64,000 nt of DNA from contig CBDBOV010000005.1 of assembly GCA_965208575.1 (NCBI GenBank), positions 992,001-1,056,000 of the forward strand, read 5' to 3'. Below, piece by piece: positions 18,845-27,770 of this stretch; within the stretch, counting starts at the first letter, position 1; every line of letters starts with the position of its first letter. The notes under the pieces are model-generated. The model had not been told where the DNA came from, searched no databases, and worked only from the letters and a program-made list of their open reading frames with translations. Source of the stretch: Spirochaetia bacterium. Lineage in GTDB: Bacteria; Spirochaetota; Spirochaetia; SZUA-6; Bin103. The position numbers and the translations under genes were made by a program.

Positions 18845-20017
18845 GTGTTTAAGCGGTTCTACCGGCCTCCATCCGGGAGCTACTTCCTATTCGGTCCGCG
18901 CGGTACGGGGAAGTCCACGTGGTTGCGCGAACGCTATCCCGATGCGCTGTTCGTCGATCTCATAGACCCGGAGAACACGCGTTTCTATGATGCCCGGCCG
19001 GAACGGTTGCGCGACACCATCGCGGCAAGCCCCGACAAGCGGCTCGTCGTGATCGACGAGGTACAGCGAGTGCCGGAACTGCTGCAGGTGGTGCACCAGC
19101 TCATCGAACTCGACAAGCGCCTGCGCTTCGTGCTCACCGGCTCCAGTGCCCGCAAGCTGCGCCGCACCGGCGTGGACCTGCTCGCGGGGCGGGCGGCGCT
19201 CACCACCATGCATCCGTTCATGGGGGCCGAGTTGGGCGCCGGCTTCAGCCTGGACCGCGCGCTCCTGCAGGGGTTGATACCGTTGGTCGTCGATGCCGCC
19301 GAGCCGGATGTCGTGTTGCGGTCATACGCTGCTCTCTACGTGCGCGAGGAGGTACAGGCGGAGGGTCTGGTTCGGAACGTGGGCGCTTTCTCCCGCTTCC
19401 TGGAGGCGGTGAGCTTCAGTCATGCCGCGGTCCTGAACGTGTCCAACCTGGCTCGCGAGTGCCAGGTGGAACGCAAGGTTGCGGAGGGTTACGTGGACGT
19501 GCTGCGCGACCTGCTGCTGGCGTTCACGCTGCCGGTGTTCACGCGGCGGGCCCGGCGCCGCATGACGACCCATCCCAAGCTCTACCTGGTCGACGCCGGC
19601 CTGTTCCGTTCACTGCGGCAGACGGGACCGTTCGACCGGCCCGAAGAGCTTGCCGGCGCGGCACTGGAGGGGCTGGTCGCGCAGCACCTGCGCGCCTGGA
19701 TCGCCTACTCGAACCGCGACGACACCCTGAGCTTCTGGCGTACCCGGGCCGGTAACGAGGTGGATTTCGTCCTCTACGGCGAGAGCGGCCTGTTCGCCAT
19801 CGAGGTCAAGAGCAGCACCACCCTCCACCCACGAGACTTCAGCGGGCTCCGCGCGTTCGCCGAGGACTATCCGATCGCCACCCCCGTGCTGCTCTACCGC
19901 GGCCCGCGCCGCATCCAGGAGCGCGGCGTACTCTGTCTGCCGTGCGAACCGTTTCTCCGCACCCTCACCCCGACGCGCTCACTCCCGAAAATCCTCGCCT
20001 CCGTGCCCGAAGCATGA
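18845..20017 (+). CDS. AAA_14 ATPase with DUF4143 and a C-terminal PD-(D/E)xK-like motif
   Basis: GPRGTGKS, IDEVQ, LTGSSARKL, KLYLVDAG, EVDF...IEVK. Confidence 0.9.
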   Translation: MFKRFYRPPSGSYFLFGPRGTGKSTWLRERYPDALFVDLIDPENTRFYDARPERLRDTIAASPDKRLVVIDEVQRVPELLQVVHQLIELDKRLRFVLTGSSARKLRRTGVDLLAGRAALTTMHPFMGAELGAGFSLDRALLQGLIPLVVDAAEPDVVLRSYAALYVREEVQAEGLVRNVGAFSRFLEAVSFSHAAVLNVSNLARECQVERKVAEGYVDVLRDLLLAFTLPVFTRRARRRMTTHPKLYLVDAGLFRSLRQTGPFDRPEELAGAALEGLVAQHLRAWIAYSNRDDTLSFWRTRAGNEVDFVLYGESGLFAIEVKSSTTLHPRDFSGLRAFAEDYPIATPVLLYRGPRRIQERGVLCLPCEPFLRTLTPTRSLPKILASVPEA

Positions 20018-20041
20018 TCGTGCGACAGGCTGAAAGGAGGA

Positions 20042-20776
20042 CTACTGCGGCCTGCTGCGCAACTCCTCGCGGCACTGCGTGACGCCGTTGCCGGTGACGT
20101 TGTAGGCGAACGTGTTCATGAGGCGGTCCTCGACGGAGCGGTTGGGCGCCGATCCGTGCACGATCAGGGCGTTGAAGAACACGCCGTCACCGGGGTCCAT
20201 CTCGACCGCCACGGCGTCGTCGCGTTCGCGATAGTGTCCCGGCAGATACACGCCGAACGTCTGCCGGCTGCGCTCGTGCTCCTGCAACCCCGTGCGGTGG
20301 CTGCCGGGAACGAAGCAGATGCATCCGTTCTCCAGGCCGCATCGCCGGATCGCCAGTTGGCAGTTCACCATCGCCGGGCGGTTGTCGTCCGTTTTCCAGT
20401 ACGCATAGTCCTGGTGCCACGGGATCGCGGTGCCGTCGCCGCCCGCCTTCGGCAGCAGCTTGCTGTGATACAGCGATATGTCCGGCCCGATCAGGTCCTC
20501 GACGATGTCGAGCATGGCATCGCAGCGCAGGATCCGATTCAGGGTGGCACTGACCACCTCGCTGTGCATCAACTGCTTGATCCGCGGCGGATGGTCCGGG
20601 TCGTCGAACTCCTCCCAGGCGATGCCGACACCGGCTGCCGGCTGCTGCGCCATCCGCTCGTGAATCCGGTCGACCTCCCGCTCGACCTCACCGATCCAGG
20701 ACAGCGGCACCAACCCCTTCCTGAGCAGGTAGCCATTGTCGTCGTAGAACTGCTTCTCCCGCGTGGTAAGCGACAT
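20042..20776 (-). CDS. Phytanoyl-CoA dioxygenase (PhyH) family 2OG-Fe(II) oxygenase
   Basis: WHQD, ENGC...PGSH, HGSAPN...R; ATG 20776. Confidence 0.9.
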   Translation of the reverse strand: MSLTTREKQFYDDNGYLLRKGLVPLSWIGEVEREVDRIHERMAQQPAAGVGIAWEEFDDPDHPPRIKQLMHSEVVSATLNRILRCDAMLDIVEDLIGPDISLYHSKLLPKAGGDGTAIPWHQDYAYWKTDDNRPAMVNCQLAIRRCGLENGCICFVPGSHRTGLQEHERSRQTFGVYLPGHYRERDDAVAVEMDPGDGVFFNALIVHGSAPNRSVEDRLMNTFAYNVTGNGVTQCREELRSRPQ

Positions 20777-20869
20777 GAGTTTCGGGAGTCTACGCCCCGG
20801 CGCCGCCCATGGGCAAGGAACAACGCCCTCTGGCCCGCCGGCGGCGGTGACTCTGCCATCCGAAGGACA

Positions 20870-20910
20870 ATGCTTACCCCCTAAGCATCGCCAGGGCTCG
20901 ATGATATACT
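20870..20910 (+). promoter_or_regulatory. Operator palindrome plus extended -10; predicts a leaderless transcript
   Basis: ATGCTTA-N5-TAAGCAT (20870-20888); TGATATACT (20902-20910) 6 nt before GTG 20917; no SD. Confidence 0.55.
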
Positions 20911-20916
20911 GTTCGC

Positions 20917-21372
20917 GTGGAGTTGCCGAAGGACATTCGCGAGCGCTACCGCGCGTTCGGGCGCGCCGGTGGCGGTGCGCGTGCCCGCAACCTCGACCCC
21001 TGCCGCCGAACGGAGATTGCGCGCCGCGCTGCAACGGCGCGCTGGGTACGTACGCGATTCGGAGCGACGCGATTCGTCGATCTTGGGCTGCCGGGCGGCG
21101 ACGTGGTCGACGAGGGGCTGGCCGACCTGGCGTCCGGCCGCACGAGCGCGGCGAGCCTATTGGTGTCGCTGGCGGCGCCACGGCTTCGCAGGGAGGGCGT
21201 TCCGGTAACCAACACGCAGCCCGACCCGGAGTTGCGGCTGTACCGGCTGCTCTCATCCACCGCGGGCGAACTGGGATACGCCCGCTACAATGCCCATCTG
21301 CGCTTGATCGTGTCATTCGCCGATGCGTGTTCCATCGCGAGATTGGCGACAGCCGGGGAGCCGCGTTCGTAG
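20917..21372 (+). CDS. Hypothetical protein, putative partner of the downstream nucleotidyltransferase
   Basis: Basic N-terminal GRAGGxARAxxLxPxRRxEIARRAAxARW motif and a helical C-domain (LLVSLAAPRL...LYRLL...RYNA). Confidence 0.7.
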   Translation: MELPKDIRERYRAFGRAGGGARARNLDPCRRTEIARRAATARWVRTRFGATRFVDLGLPGGDVVDEGLADLASGRTSAASLLVSLAAPRLRREGVPVTNTQPDPELRLYRLLSSTAGELGYARYNAHLRLIVSFADACSIARLATAGEPRS

Positions 21373-21376
21373 CACG

Positions 21377-21913
21377 ATGCGGGAGAACGTTACCCGCGAA
21401 CGCCTGCTGGCGTTCATGAAACGCCTCGCCGAGTCCGCACCGCGCGGCAGGCGCTTTCGGGTATTCCTCGTGGGCGGCGGCACGGCGGTGGCGCAGGGAT
21501 GGCGAGCATCGACCATCGACGTGGACCTGTACGCCGACGACGAGGCGGTGTTCCTCGACATTCAGCGCATCAAGGAGTCGCAGCAGATAAACGTGGAGTT
21601 TGCGCGGCCCGAGCACTTCGTCCCGCCACTCGCCGGTGCCGCCGGCCGCCACCTCTTCATCGCCACGTTCGGCGGGGTCAGCTTCTTCCACTACGACCCT
21701 TACTCGCAACTGCTCTCCAAGGTCGCGCGCGGCTTCCGGCGTGACCTGGAAGACGCCCGCCACTTCATCGCCGCCGGCCTCGTCGACGTGGCCCGCTTCC
21801 AGAAACTCGCGGACGCTATTCCGGAGTCGGCCTTTGCCAGGTATCCCGCACTCTCACGCCACGCGGTGCTCGACGCCGTGACCGCATTCCTCGACTCCGT
21901 CGGACGGGAGTGA
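21377..21913 (+). CDS. DUF6036/AbiEii-like nucleotidyltransferase
   Basis: VFLVGGG...RASTIDVDL Pol-beta-fold motif; SKxxRGxxRDxxD. Confidence 0.8.
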   Translation: MRENVTRERLLAFMKRLAESAPRGRRFRVFLVGGGTAVAQGWRASTIDVDLYADDEAVFLDIQRIKESQQINVEFARPEHFVPPLAGAAGRHLFIATFGGVSFFHYDPYSQLLSKVARGFRRDLEDARHFIAAGLVDVARFQKLADAIPESAFARYPALSRHAVLDAVTAFLDSVGRE

Positions 21914-21945
21914 ACCAGTGACGTTCTCGCCCGAAGCAGCTTGGC

Positions 21946-22521
21946 TTACCCGTCAAATGTGGCCTTGGCGGCAGCGAGATCGAACTGATCCGGTCTCCAG
22001 GAGTCGATCCAGCCCGGCTGTTCGTCCGGTTTCAATCCCCAGGGATCGTTGCCGGTATCGAGCCTCTCTACCAGCCGCCAGTATCCGTAGACTCCGCCAC
22101 AGTCTTCCGGCGGCGCGGCGCGGCTGCCATCGACAAGGCGGCGCCGGAATCTATCCTCGGTCGCCACTCGCCGCCGCAGCTTCACGGCATGAACCCAGTT
22201 GTCCCCGAAGTCGTAAGTATAGCGGCACGTCATCGACACGCGCCGGAAGTGCTGCGTGAGCTTCACCGACGATGCATCGGGAATGTCGTCGCTGTCGTAA
22301 CCCAGCATGAATGCGCTGGGGCCGGCGAGGGTTCGTCGATCCCGACCGCTCGTGCGGAACAACCACATGTGGTCACGGTCCCAGTCGAAACTGTCCTGAA
22401 TCGCCTCGTGCAGATCGTCAAAGGTGTCGTTCGCGCCGAGTTGGAAGCGCCGCCAGATGCGTGGATCGATATCCAGCAGGGAGACCTCGAACTCAAGGTA
22501 CGTATGCATGGCCGCCAGCAT
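21946..22521 (-). CDS. Plasmid pRiA4b ORF-3 family protein
   Basis: PRIWRR, LHEAIQ..F.W...H, YTYDFGDNW.H, PPEDCGG. Confidence 0.92.
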   Translation of the reverse strand: MLAAMHTYLEFEVSLLDIDPRIWRRFQLGANDTFDDLHEAIQDSFDWDRDHMWLFRTSGRDRRTLAGPSAFMLGYDSDDIPDASSVKLTQHFRRVSMTCRYTYDFGDNWVHAVKLRRRVATEDRFRRRLVDGSRAAPPEDCGGVYGYWRLVERLDTGNDPWGLKPDEQPGWIDSWRPDQFDLAAAKATFDG

Positions 22522-22575
22522 ATCCGACAGCGACGGCTCCGCGCAGGCTCCCGGCTTCTGTAGGGACGCACGCGT

Positions 22576-23805
22576 TCATGAGTGAACCGTGCGGCTCATA
22601 TTCCGCTTGCGGCGCGCTGGGACGTGCTTTTCGAGCATCGGCATCTGTCGTTTCATGAAGCTGTCGAACCAAGGCACGGTGAACGCCGTCTCGCCGCGGC
22701 GTTGGCTCCAGACCATGCCCTTGTTCACCAGTTGTTGCCGCACCGTTGCAACTGACGCTGCGCCCACGCCCAGAGTGGCGGCGATCTGTCCGGTCTTGTG
22801 TGGTCCGGGCCCGAGTTCGGCCATGGCGCGCAGGTACTTCTGCTGCAGTACGGTCAGTCGGTCGAAGCGCACGCGAAAGAAGTTGGCATCGAGGTGGGCG
22901 ATCACATCGGGCGTCGCATCCGCTACTACTTCTGGCGAGATCGGACTTGACGGCGCGCGATTCCACACCTGGAATCCCCACTCCTGGATGAAGTAAGGGT
23001 AGTTCTGGGTCGCCTGCAGGATTGCATCGACGGCGTCGTCATCGAACGAGACTCCTTCGTTCTTTGCTGGTATCGCGATGGCTGCGCGCGCCGCATCGGA
23101 ATCCAGCGGCCCGACTTCCGGATAATCGAACAGCCGCTCTGCGTAGGACTTGGCCTTGCCGGCAAGTGCGGCGACTTGCGGTAGTCCGGCACCGACGAAC
23201 AGAAGCGGGAGGTTGCGTTGAGCAATCTCATGACAGGCCACCACAACGGCGGCGAGTTCGACGGACGAGAGATATTGAATCTCATCCAGGAACAAGCCTA
23301 CCGCCGAACGCCGCTCGGCGGCGGCCTCCGCCACGGCTATCAACAGGGGCGGCAGGTCCTGCTCGAGGTTCCCGCTGTCACCCTCGCCGGGCGCCGGCTC
23401 GACGCTGAATTCGATGTCCCCGATCTTGACCTTGAACGCGTTGGCGAACCCGCGCAGTACGTTCACCGCCCTTCGCAGATGCCTTCCACCGGACTGGCGA
23501 ACATCGAGGGCGTAGAGGATGCGCCGCAACTCGGGCGCCAGCAGGTCGGGCAGCACGCTCCCTTCAGGTGCCTCGACCTTGGCTGTCTGGAATCCCTTGT
23601 CATCCGCGAACGCGCGCAGTCGATTGAGCAGGACGGTCTTGCCAACGCCGCGCAAGCCCAGCAGGATGAGGCCCCTGGTAGGGCGGCGCCGGAGGACGCG
23701 GTCCATGTCAATGGTTACGTCTTCGATCAGCCGGTCGCGGCCTGCCAGTACCGGTGGCTGCAATCCGGCGCCTGGAGCGTACGGGTTATTGCGACGGTCC
23801 ATCAA
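22576..23805 (-). CDS. AAA_16-type ATPase with a C-terminal winged-helix-like region
   Basis: NPYAPGAG.PP.LAGR, GLRGVGKT, LDEIQ, YPYFIQ, FTVP.F. Confidence 0.88.
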   Translation of the reverse strand: MMDRRNNPYAPGAGLQPPVLAGRDRLIEDVTIDMDRVLRRRPTRGLILLGLRGVGKTVLLNRLRAFADDKGFQTAKVEAPEGSVLPDLLAPELRRILYALDVRQSGGRHLRRAVNVLRGFANAFKVKIGDIEFSVEPAPGEGDSGNLEQDLPPLLIAVAEAAAERRSAVGLFLDEIQYLSSVELAAVVVACHEIAQRNLPLLFVGAGLPQVAALAGKAKSYAERLFDYPEVGPLDSDAARAAIAIPAKNEGVSFDDDAVDAILQATQNYPYFIQEWGFQVWNRAPSSPISPEVVADATPDVIAHLDANFFRVRFDRLTVLQQKYLRAMAELGPGPHKTGQIAATLGVGAASVATVRQQLVNKGMVWSQRRGETAFTVPWFDSFMKRQMPMLEKHVPARRKRNMSRTVHS

Positions 23806-23846
23806 TGACCTCGGTCGGTCGCGGGTAGATTACTCAATTTAATTAG

Positions 23847-23867
23847 TTTAATGCGTACCTCATTAAA
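23847..23867. promoter_or_regulatory. Inverted repeat in the AT-rich promoter of the ATPase gene
   Basis: TTTAATG-N7-CATTAAA within a strongly AT-rich patch. Confidence 0.4.
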
Positions 23868-24083
23868 GACAATAAATCAAGTAATAAACCGGATAGCGTC
23901 GGCACTATGGGCCGATGAGTTGGAGGCTGGGAGCCAGCCGCGCCAGGGGGTGATGGGGGCGGGCCCCTGGACGGCGAGGCGGTATTCGTTGGTGGACAGG
24001 GTGCCGGTCGGGGCGGACAGTTCGACGGTGATGCGGTAGCGGGCGCCGGGGGTCGGCGGGATGGTCCAGGCTACCTCGGCGAC

Positions 24084-25521
24084 GGGTGCGAACGCCGAAA
24101 GCGGTAGCAAATCATTGACTCTGAGGCGGAAAAAAGGTCTACCTACCCCACGACACCACACCATGGGGAGGTAGACCATGAATACGGAAGGACTTATAAC
24201 GGCCGCCGAGGGCCTTGTCAAGGAGTTGCAAGGGCGCATCAACGGCGGCCGGATGGATCTCCAGGAGGCGGAAGCCAAGATCCTTGAGATGGTGAACTGG
24301 ATCGGCGACGAGATGGTGCAGGAAGTGGTAGCCGGACTCGCGGAGCCGACATCCGCCAACCAGATCACGGTTGGCGGTGAGGTGGCAGTGTTCGAGCGGG
24401 TGCGTAACCTGCGGTTCATCAACCGCTTCGGCGAAGAAGTGGTGCACCCGCGGCGCTGCTACCGGTACCGGCACCGGAGCGGAGGCGTGGCGCCGCTGGA
24501 TGTGAAGCTGGGGATCGACGGGTGCTTCGGATTCTCACCGCTGATGACGTACCTGATCTGCATGCTGGGCGCGGATGAGTCGTATGCCGGTGCAGCGGCA
24601 AAACTGGAGGCGATGCTCGGGTTCAAGGTGAGCTCGACGGCGGTGCAGCGCACTACCGAGAAGACGGGAGAGCGGATACCCGATACCCCCGACGATCTAA
24701 TTGATGAGCAGCGTCAGCGGCAGCCATGTTCCCTGATGGTGGTCGAGGTAGACGGAACGACGAGCCCGCAGATCACGGAGCAGGAAGGGATTACTGGTCT
24801 TGCCAGCCTCCGGGCGCCGACCTGTTACAAGGAGTGCAACCTGATAGTCATCGAGAAGCACGATGATGGCAAGGTGATCGACCGCTGGACCGGAGGACGC
24901 TATGGACCACGCGGTGAGTTTGCCGGCTACGCCGAGCAGGCTGGACTGCGAATGGGCTTCCTGGACGCTCCACGAACGCTGTTCCTCGGTGATGGTGCAC
25001 ACCACAACTGGGAACTGCAGCAGACCCACTTCCCCGGCGCGATACCGATCCTGGACTACTACCACGCGGCTGAGCACCTCGCCGATTACTGCAAGCTGCT
25101 GTCTGCTACGCTACGCGATGCCGTCGAGCGCAGCTTGTCCACGATGATGTGGGAAGGCGAGGTGCTGCAGATGATCCACGAGATGAAGCGTTCACTGTCG
25201 AAGGTCACCGATACTGACGAAGCGTGGAAGCAGATCAACTACTTCACGAACAACCAGGACCGTATGGACTATGCCCGTTACCGCGATCTCGGGTGGCCGA
25301 TCGGCAGTGGCTTGGTCGAAGGGCAGTGCAAATTGGTTGTCGGTCGACGCTTCAAGGGCAACGGGATGAGATGGCGACCGCACGACAACCGCTGCGTGCT
25401 ACGCACCCGTCTGGCTCTGCTCAACGGCGACCTCAAGCGCTATTTCAGTCCTCCTGACGACTGCGAGATCAAAGCGGCCTGATCGTGTCAACCCCTGTTA
25501 CCGCTTTTGGCATTGGCACCC
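24084..25521 (+). mobile_element. Complete insertion sequence (ISKra4/ISLre2-type), 1438 bp
   Basis: TIRs GGGTGCGAACGCCGAAAGCGGTAGCA / GGGTGCCAATGCCAAAAGCGGTAACA; 8-bp TSD TCGGCGAC (24076-24083, 25522-25529). Confidence 0.92.
24178..25482 (+). CDS. DDE transposase, ISKra4/ISLre2-type
   Basis: EVDG, LGDGA..NW, ILDYYHA, PIGSGLVEGQCK...RFKGNGMRW. Confidence 0.93.
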   Translation: MNTEGLITAAEGLVKELQGRINGGRMDLQEAEAKILEMVNWIGDEMVQEVVAGLAEPTSANQITVGGEVAVFERVRNLRFINRFGEEVVHPRRCYRYRHRSGGVAPLDVKLGIDGCFGFSPLMTYLICMLGADESYAGAAAKLEAMLGFKVSSTAVQRTTEKTGERIPDTPDDLIDEQRQRQPCSLMVVEVDGTTSPQITEQEGITGLASLRAPTCYKECNLIVIEKHDDGKVIDRWTGGRYGPRGEFAGYAEQAGLRMGFLDAPRTLFLGDGAHHNWELQQTHFPGAIPILDYYHAAEHLADYCKLLSATLRDAVERSLSTMMWEGEVLQMIHEMKRSLSKVTDTDEAWKQINYFTNNQDRMDYARYRDLGWPIGSGLVEGQCKLVVGRRFKGNGMRWRPHDNRCVLRTRLALLNGDLKRYFSPPDDCEIKAA

Positions 25522-25894
25522 TCGGCGACCTTGGCGAGCGAGTTGGCGGCGATGCTGCAGGGGGATTCCTGCTCCAGGAGCGGGGCGCCGTCGGCGTCGC
25601 GGATCTGCCAGCGCAGCTGCCGTCCGGTTCCCCGAAGTCACCGCTGCCCTCCGGGTCGGTGGCGAACCTCCAACGCCCGGCGAGCGACCTGACCTTGTTA
25701 TGGACAAGCACTCCAACGGTCCCCACGCCGAGTCGCTGCCACAACTTGGGTAGTCCGGTCCGGCAGTCCCTGCCGTCCGATTTCACGGAATCTGTGCACT
25801 GCACCAATCATGATGCACAAAATTGGCAACTTTCGTGCACTACGATGCAAACTAGGGCTGAGAATCCAGGGGCGGCGGAGGTAGGCTGTTGGCT

Positions 25895-26611
25895 TCAGGT
25901 CCTGCCCTTGACAGCGAATGCCCGCGCGGCACCCAGGAACAGGTCCGATACGGGATTTTCCCACATCACGTCGTCGGTCACCATTTTGCCTGCAGCGCGT
26001 ATCTGCTGCGTTCCCGCCGCGATCGCTTGTTCGACTTTCGGATGGTCGAACTGACCAGGCAGCCCCATGTCCAGCGAGATGTCATGTACACCGAACTTGA
26101 AAAAGTCCAGCCCGTCTACGGTCAGAATCTCCGCCAAGTTGTCGAACCCTTCCTGCTCCTCGATCATTCCACAGATAAACATCTCTTCGTTAGCGCGGCG
26201 CATGTGCTCACTGGCTGAGTCGGGGACACCGTAGTAATCGCCACGGGCATTGCCGTAACTGCGCATTCCCCGGGGTGCGAAAAGACATGCTCCCACCAGT
26301 TGCTCGGCCTGCGCCCTGGTTCTTATATGGGGACCGATAATCCCCATGGCACCCCTGACAATGAAGCGCAAAATCGTGCTGGGCTCGACATCAACCACTC
26401 GCACGATAGGAGTTATCCCGGCCAGCTCCGCCGCCCGGCACATCGTCTCTACGTCACTCAAGGAGAAGGAACCGTGTTCGCAATCCACGAACACGTAATC
26501 GATCCCGGCTATCCCCATGACTTCCACCAGGTCAGGACTGCAAAACGGTATTTGCAGCCCCACCGCCTTCTCACCTGCCTTGACCTTGGCTAATATCTTG
26601 TTGGTGTGCAT
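25895..26611 (-). CDS. HpcH/HpaI aldolase family protein
   Basis: DYVFVDCEHG, PIVRV, P.G.RS, MIE...G, G..D.S..MG.PG. Confidence 0.9.
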   Translation of the reverse strand: MHTNKILAKVKAGEKAVGLQIPFCSPDLVEVMGIAGIDYVFVDCEHGSFSLSDVETMCRAAELAGITPIVRVVDVEPSTILRFIVRGAMGIIGPHIRTRAQAEQLVGACLFAPRGMRSYGNARGDYYGVPDSASEHMRRANEEMFICGMIEEQEGFDNLAEILTVDGLDFFKFGVHDISLDMGLPGQFDHPKVEQAIAAGTQQIRAAGKMVTDDVMWENPVSDLFLGAARAFAVKGRT

Positions 26612-26627
26612 CTCGTTCCTCCTTCGC

Positions 26628-27713
26628 TTATTGGGCCTGGATTGCCAAGTGGCGCTCAAGTTGATTCAGGTTTGGTGGTCCGGGCTTCGCCTCTCCACTC
26701 TCCACCTTCTTCACCAGCTCGACCACAGTCTGGTTTAGCGGTATGGACACCCCCACGTCTCGGCCCTTGTGCACAACGTAACCGTTGAGATAGTCTATTT
26801 CCGTCCGCCTCCCCTTGATCACGTCCTGAAGAAGGGATGCCCGTGGCGGCACGCCCAGAAAACGCGCTTGGTCGGGGGTCACGCTTCTGTCACGCGAGCC
26901 CGATTCCACCTTGGCCGCCAAGGCGGTCAGCGCGTCAGGTGTGGTCGCTTCGGCAAACTCCTGAACGGAAACGCCATATATCGGCTCGACCTCAACCCCG
27001 AGCTCCTGCGCTACCAACACTACCTCCCGGCCGAGCACCATCCTGACAAGGGCGGCACGCTCCTGCTGCTCCTGGCTCAGTGAGGATGCCGCCGGTCCGA
27101 GCAGCCCGGCAAGAGCATTGCCCATGCAATTGACTACCATCTTGGACCACCGTGCCCCGCCAATGTTGCTCGTCACCTCGCTCGGGCCCACAGCCCTCAA
27201 GACGTCGGCTACGTTGCGAACCCGCGGCGTCGCTGCGCCGGAAAGTTCGCCAACGGCGAAGGTGTGAACAGTGATAGGCTCGGTGCGCACGACGCACCCC
27301 GGCTCGTACGTTGCCGCCCCCAACTGCACCACGCATCCCGCGGTGCGGTCGAAACCGACGACACTCGCCACCACCTCGTCGTTCAAACCGTTCTGCGCTG
27401 AAAGCATGAGCCCCGTGGGCTTCAGGTATGGTGCTATGAAGTGTGTCGCCCAAACGGTGTCGTACGACTTGACCGCCAGGAAAACCATATCGAACTGGTC
27501 CTGAAGGCCGCTTACCTCGCACAAGTGCAAGGCCTTGACCGGCACGGTGAACTCTTTCTCCGGATCCCTCACCGTAAGACCGTCGCGCTTCATCCTGTCC
27601 ACATGCTCCGGCCACTGGTCCATCAACGTCACATCATGGCCCTTCAGTGCGAGGTAGGCCGCGATGCAACTGCCAACAGCCCCGGCTCCTAGTACTGCAA
27701 TTCGGTTGGCCAG
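26628..27713 (-). CDS. Ketopantoate reductase (PanE/ApbA) family protein, probable CTG start
   Basis: RIAVLGAGAVG lies upstream of the first canonical in-frame start; AVKSYD, QNG, WSK...N, SLLQD..KGRRTEIDYLNG. Confidence 0.85.
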   Translation of the reverse strand: MANRIAVLGAGAVGSCIAAYLALKGHDVTLMDQWPEHVDRMKRDGLTVRDPEKEFTVPVKALHLCEVSGLQDQFDMVFLAVKSYDTVWATHFIAPYLKPTGLMLSAQNGLNDEVVASVVGFDRTAGCVVQLGAATYEPGCVVRTEPITVHTFAVGELSGAATPRVRNVADVLRAVGPSEVTSNIGGARWSKMVVNCMGNALAGLLGPAASSLSQEQQERAALVRMVLGREVVLVAQELGVEVEPIYGVSVQEFAEATTPDALTALAAKVESGSRDRSVTPDQARFLGVPPRASLLQDVIKGRRTEIDYLNGYVVHKGRDVGVSIPLNQTVVELVKKVESGEAKPGPPNLNQLERHLAIQAQ

Positions 27714-27770
27714 GTCATCACCTCCGTTTTGATATTGGCACTTAAATAGGATATTGTCAATTTCTCCACT

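Larger units (their letters stand above)
23877..25711 (-). pseudogene. GH2-like glycoside hydrolase remnant (internal deletion plus IS insertion)
   Basis: N-terminal SLAGRWRFATDPEGSG is joined out of frame near 25620 to QLRWQIRDADG...IAANSLAKVA|EVAWTIP...LSTNEYRLAV, which reads through once the IS is removed. Confidence 0.55.
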
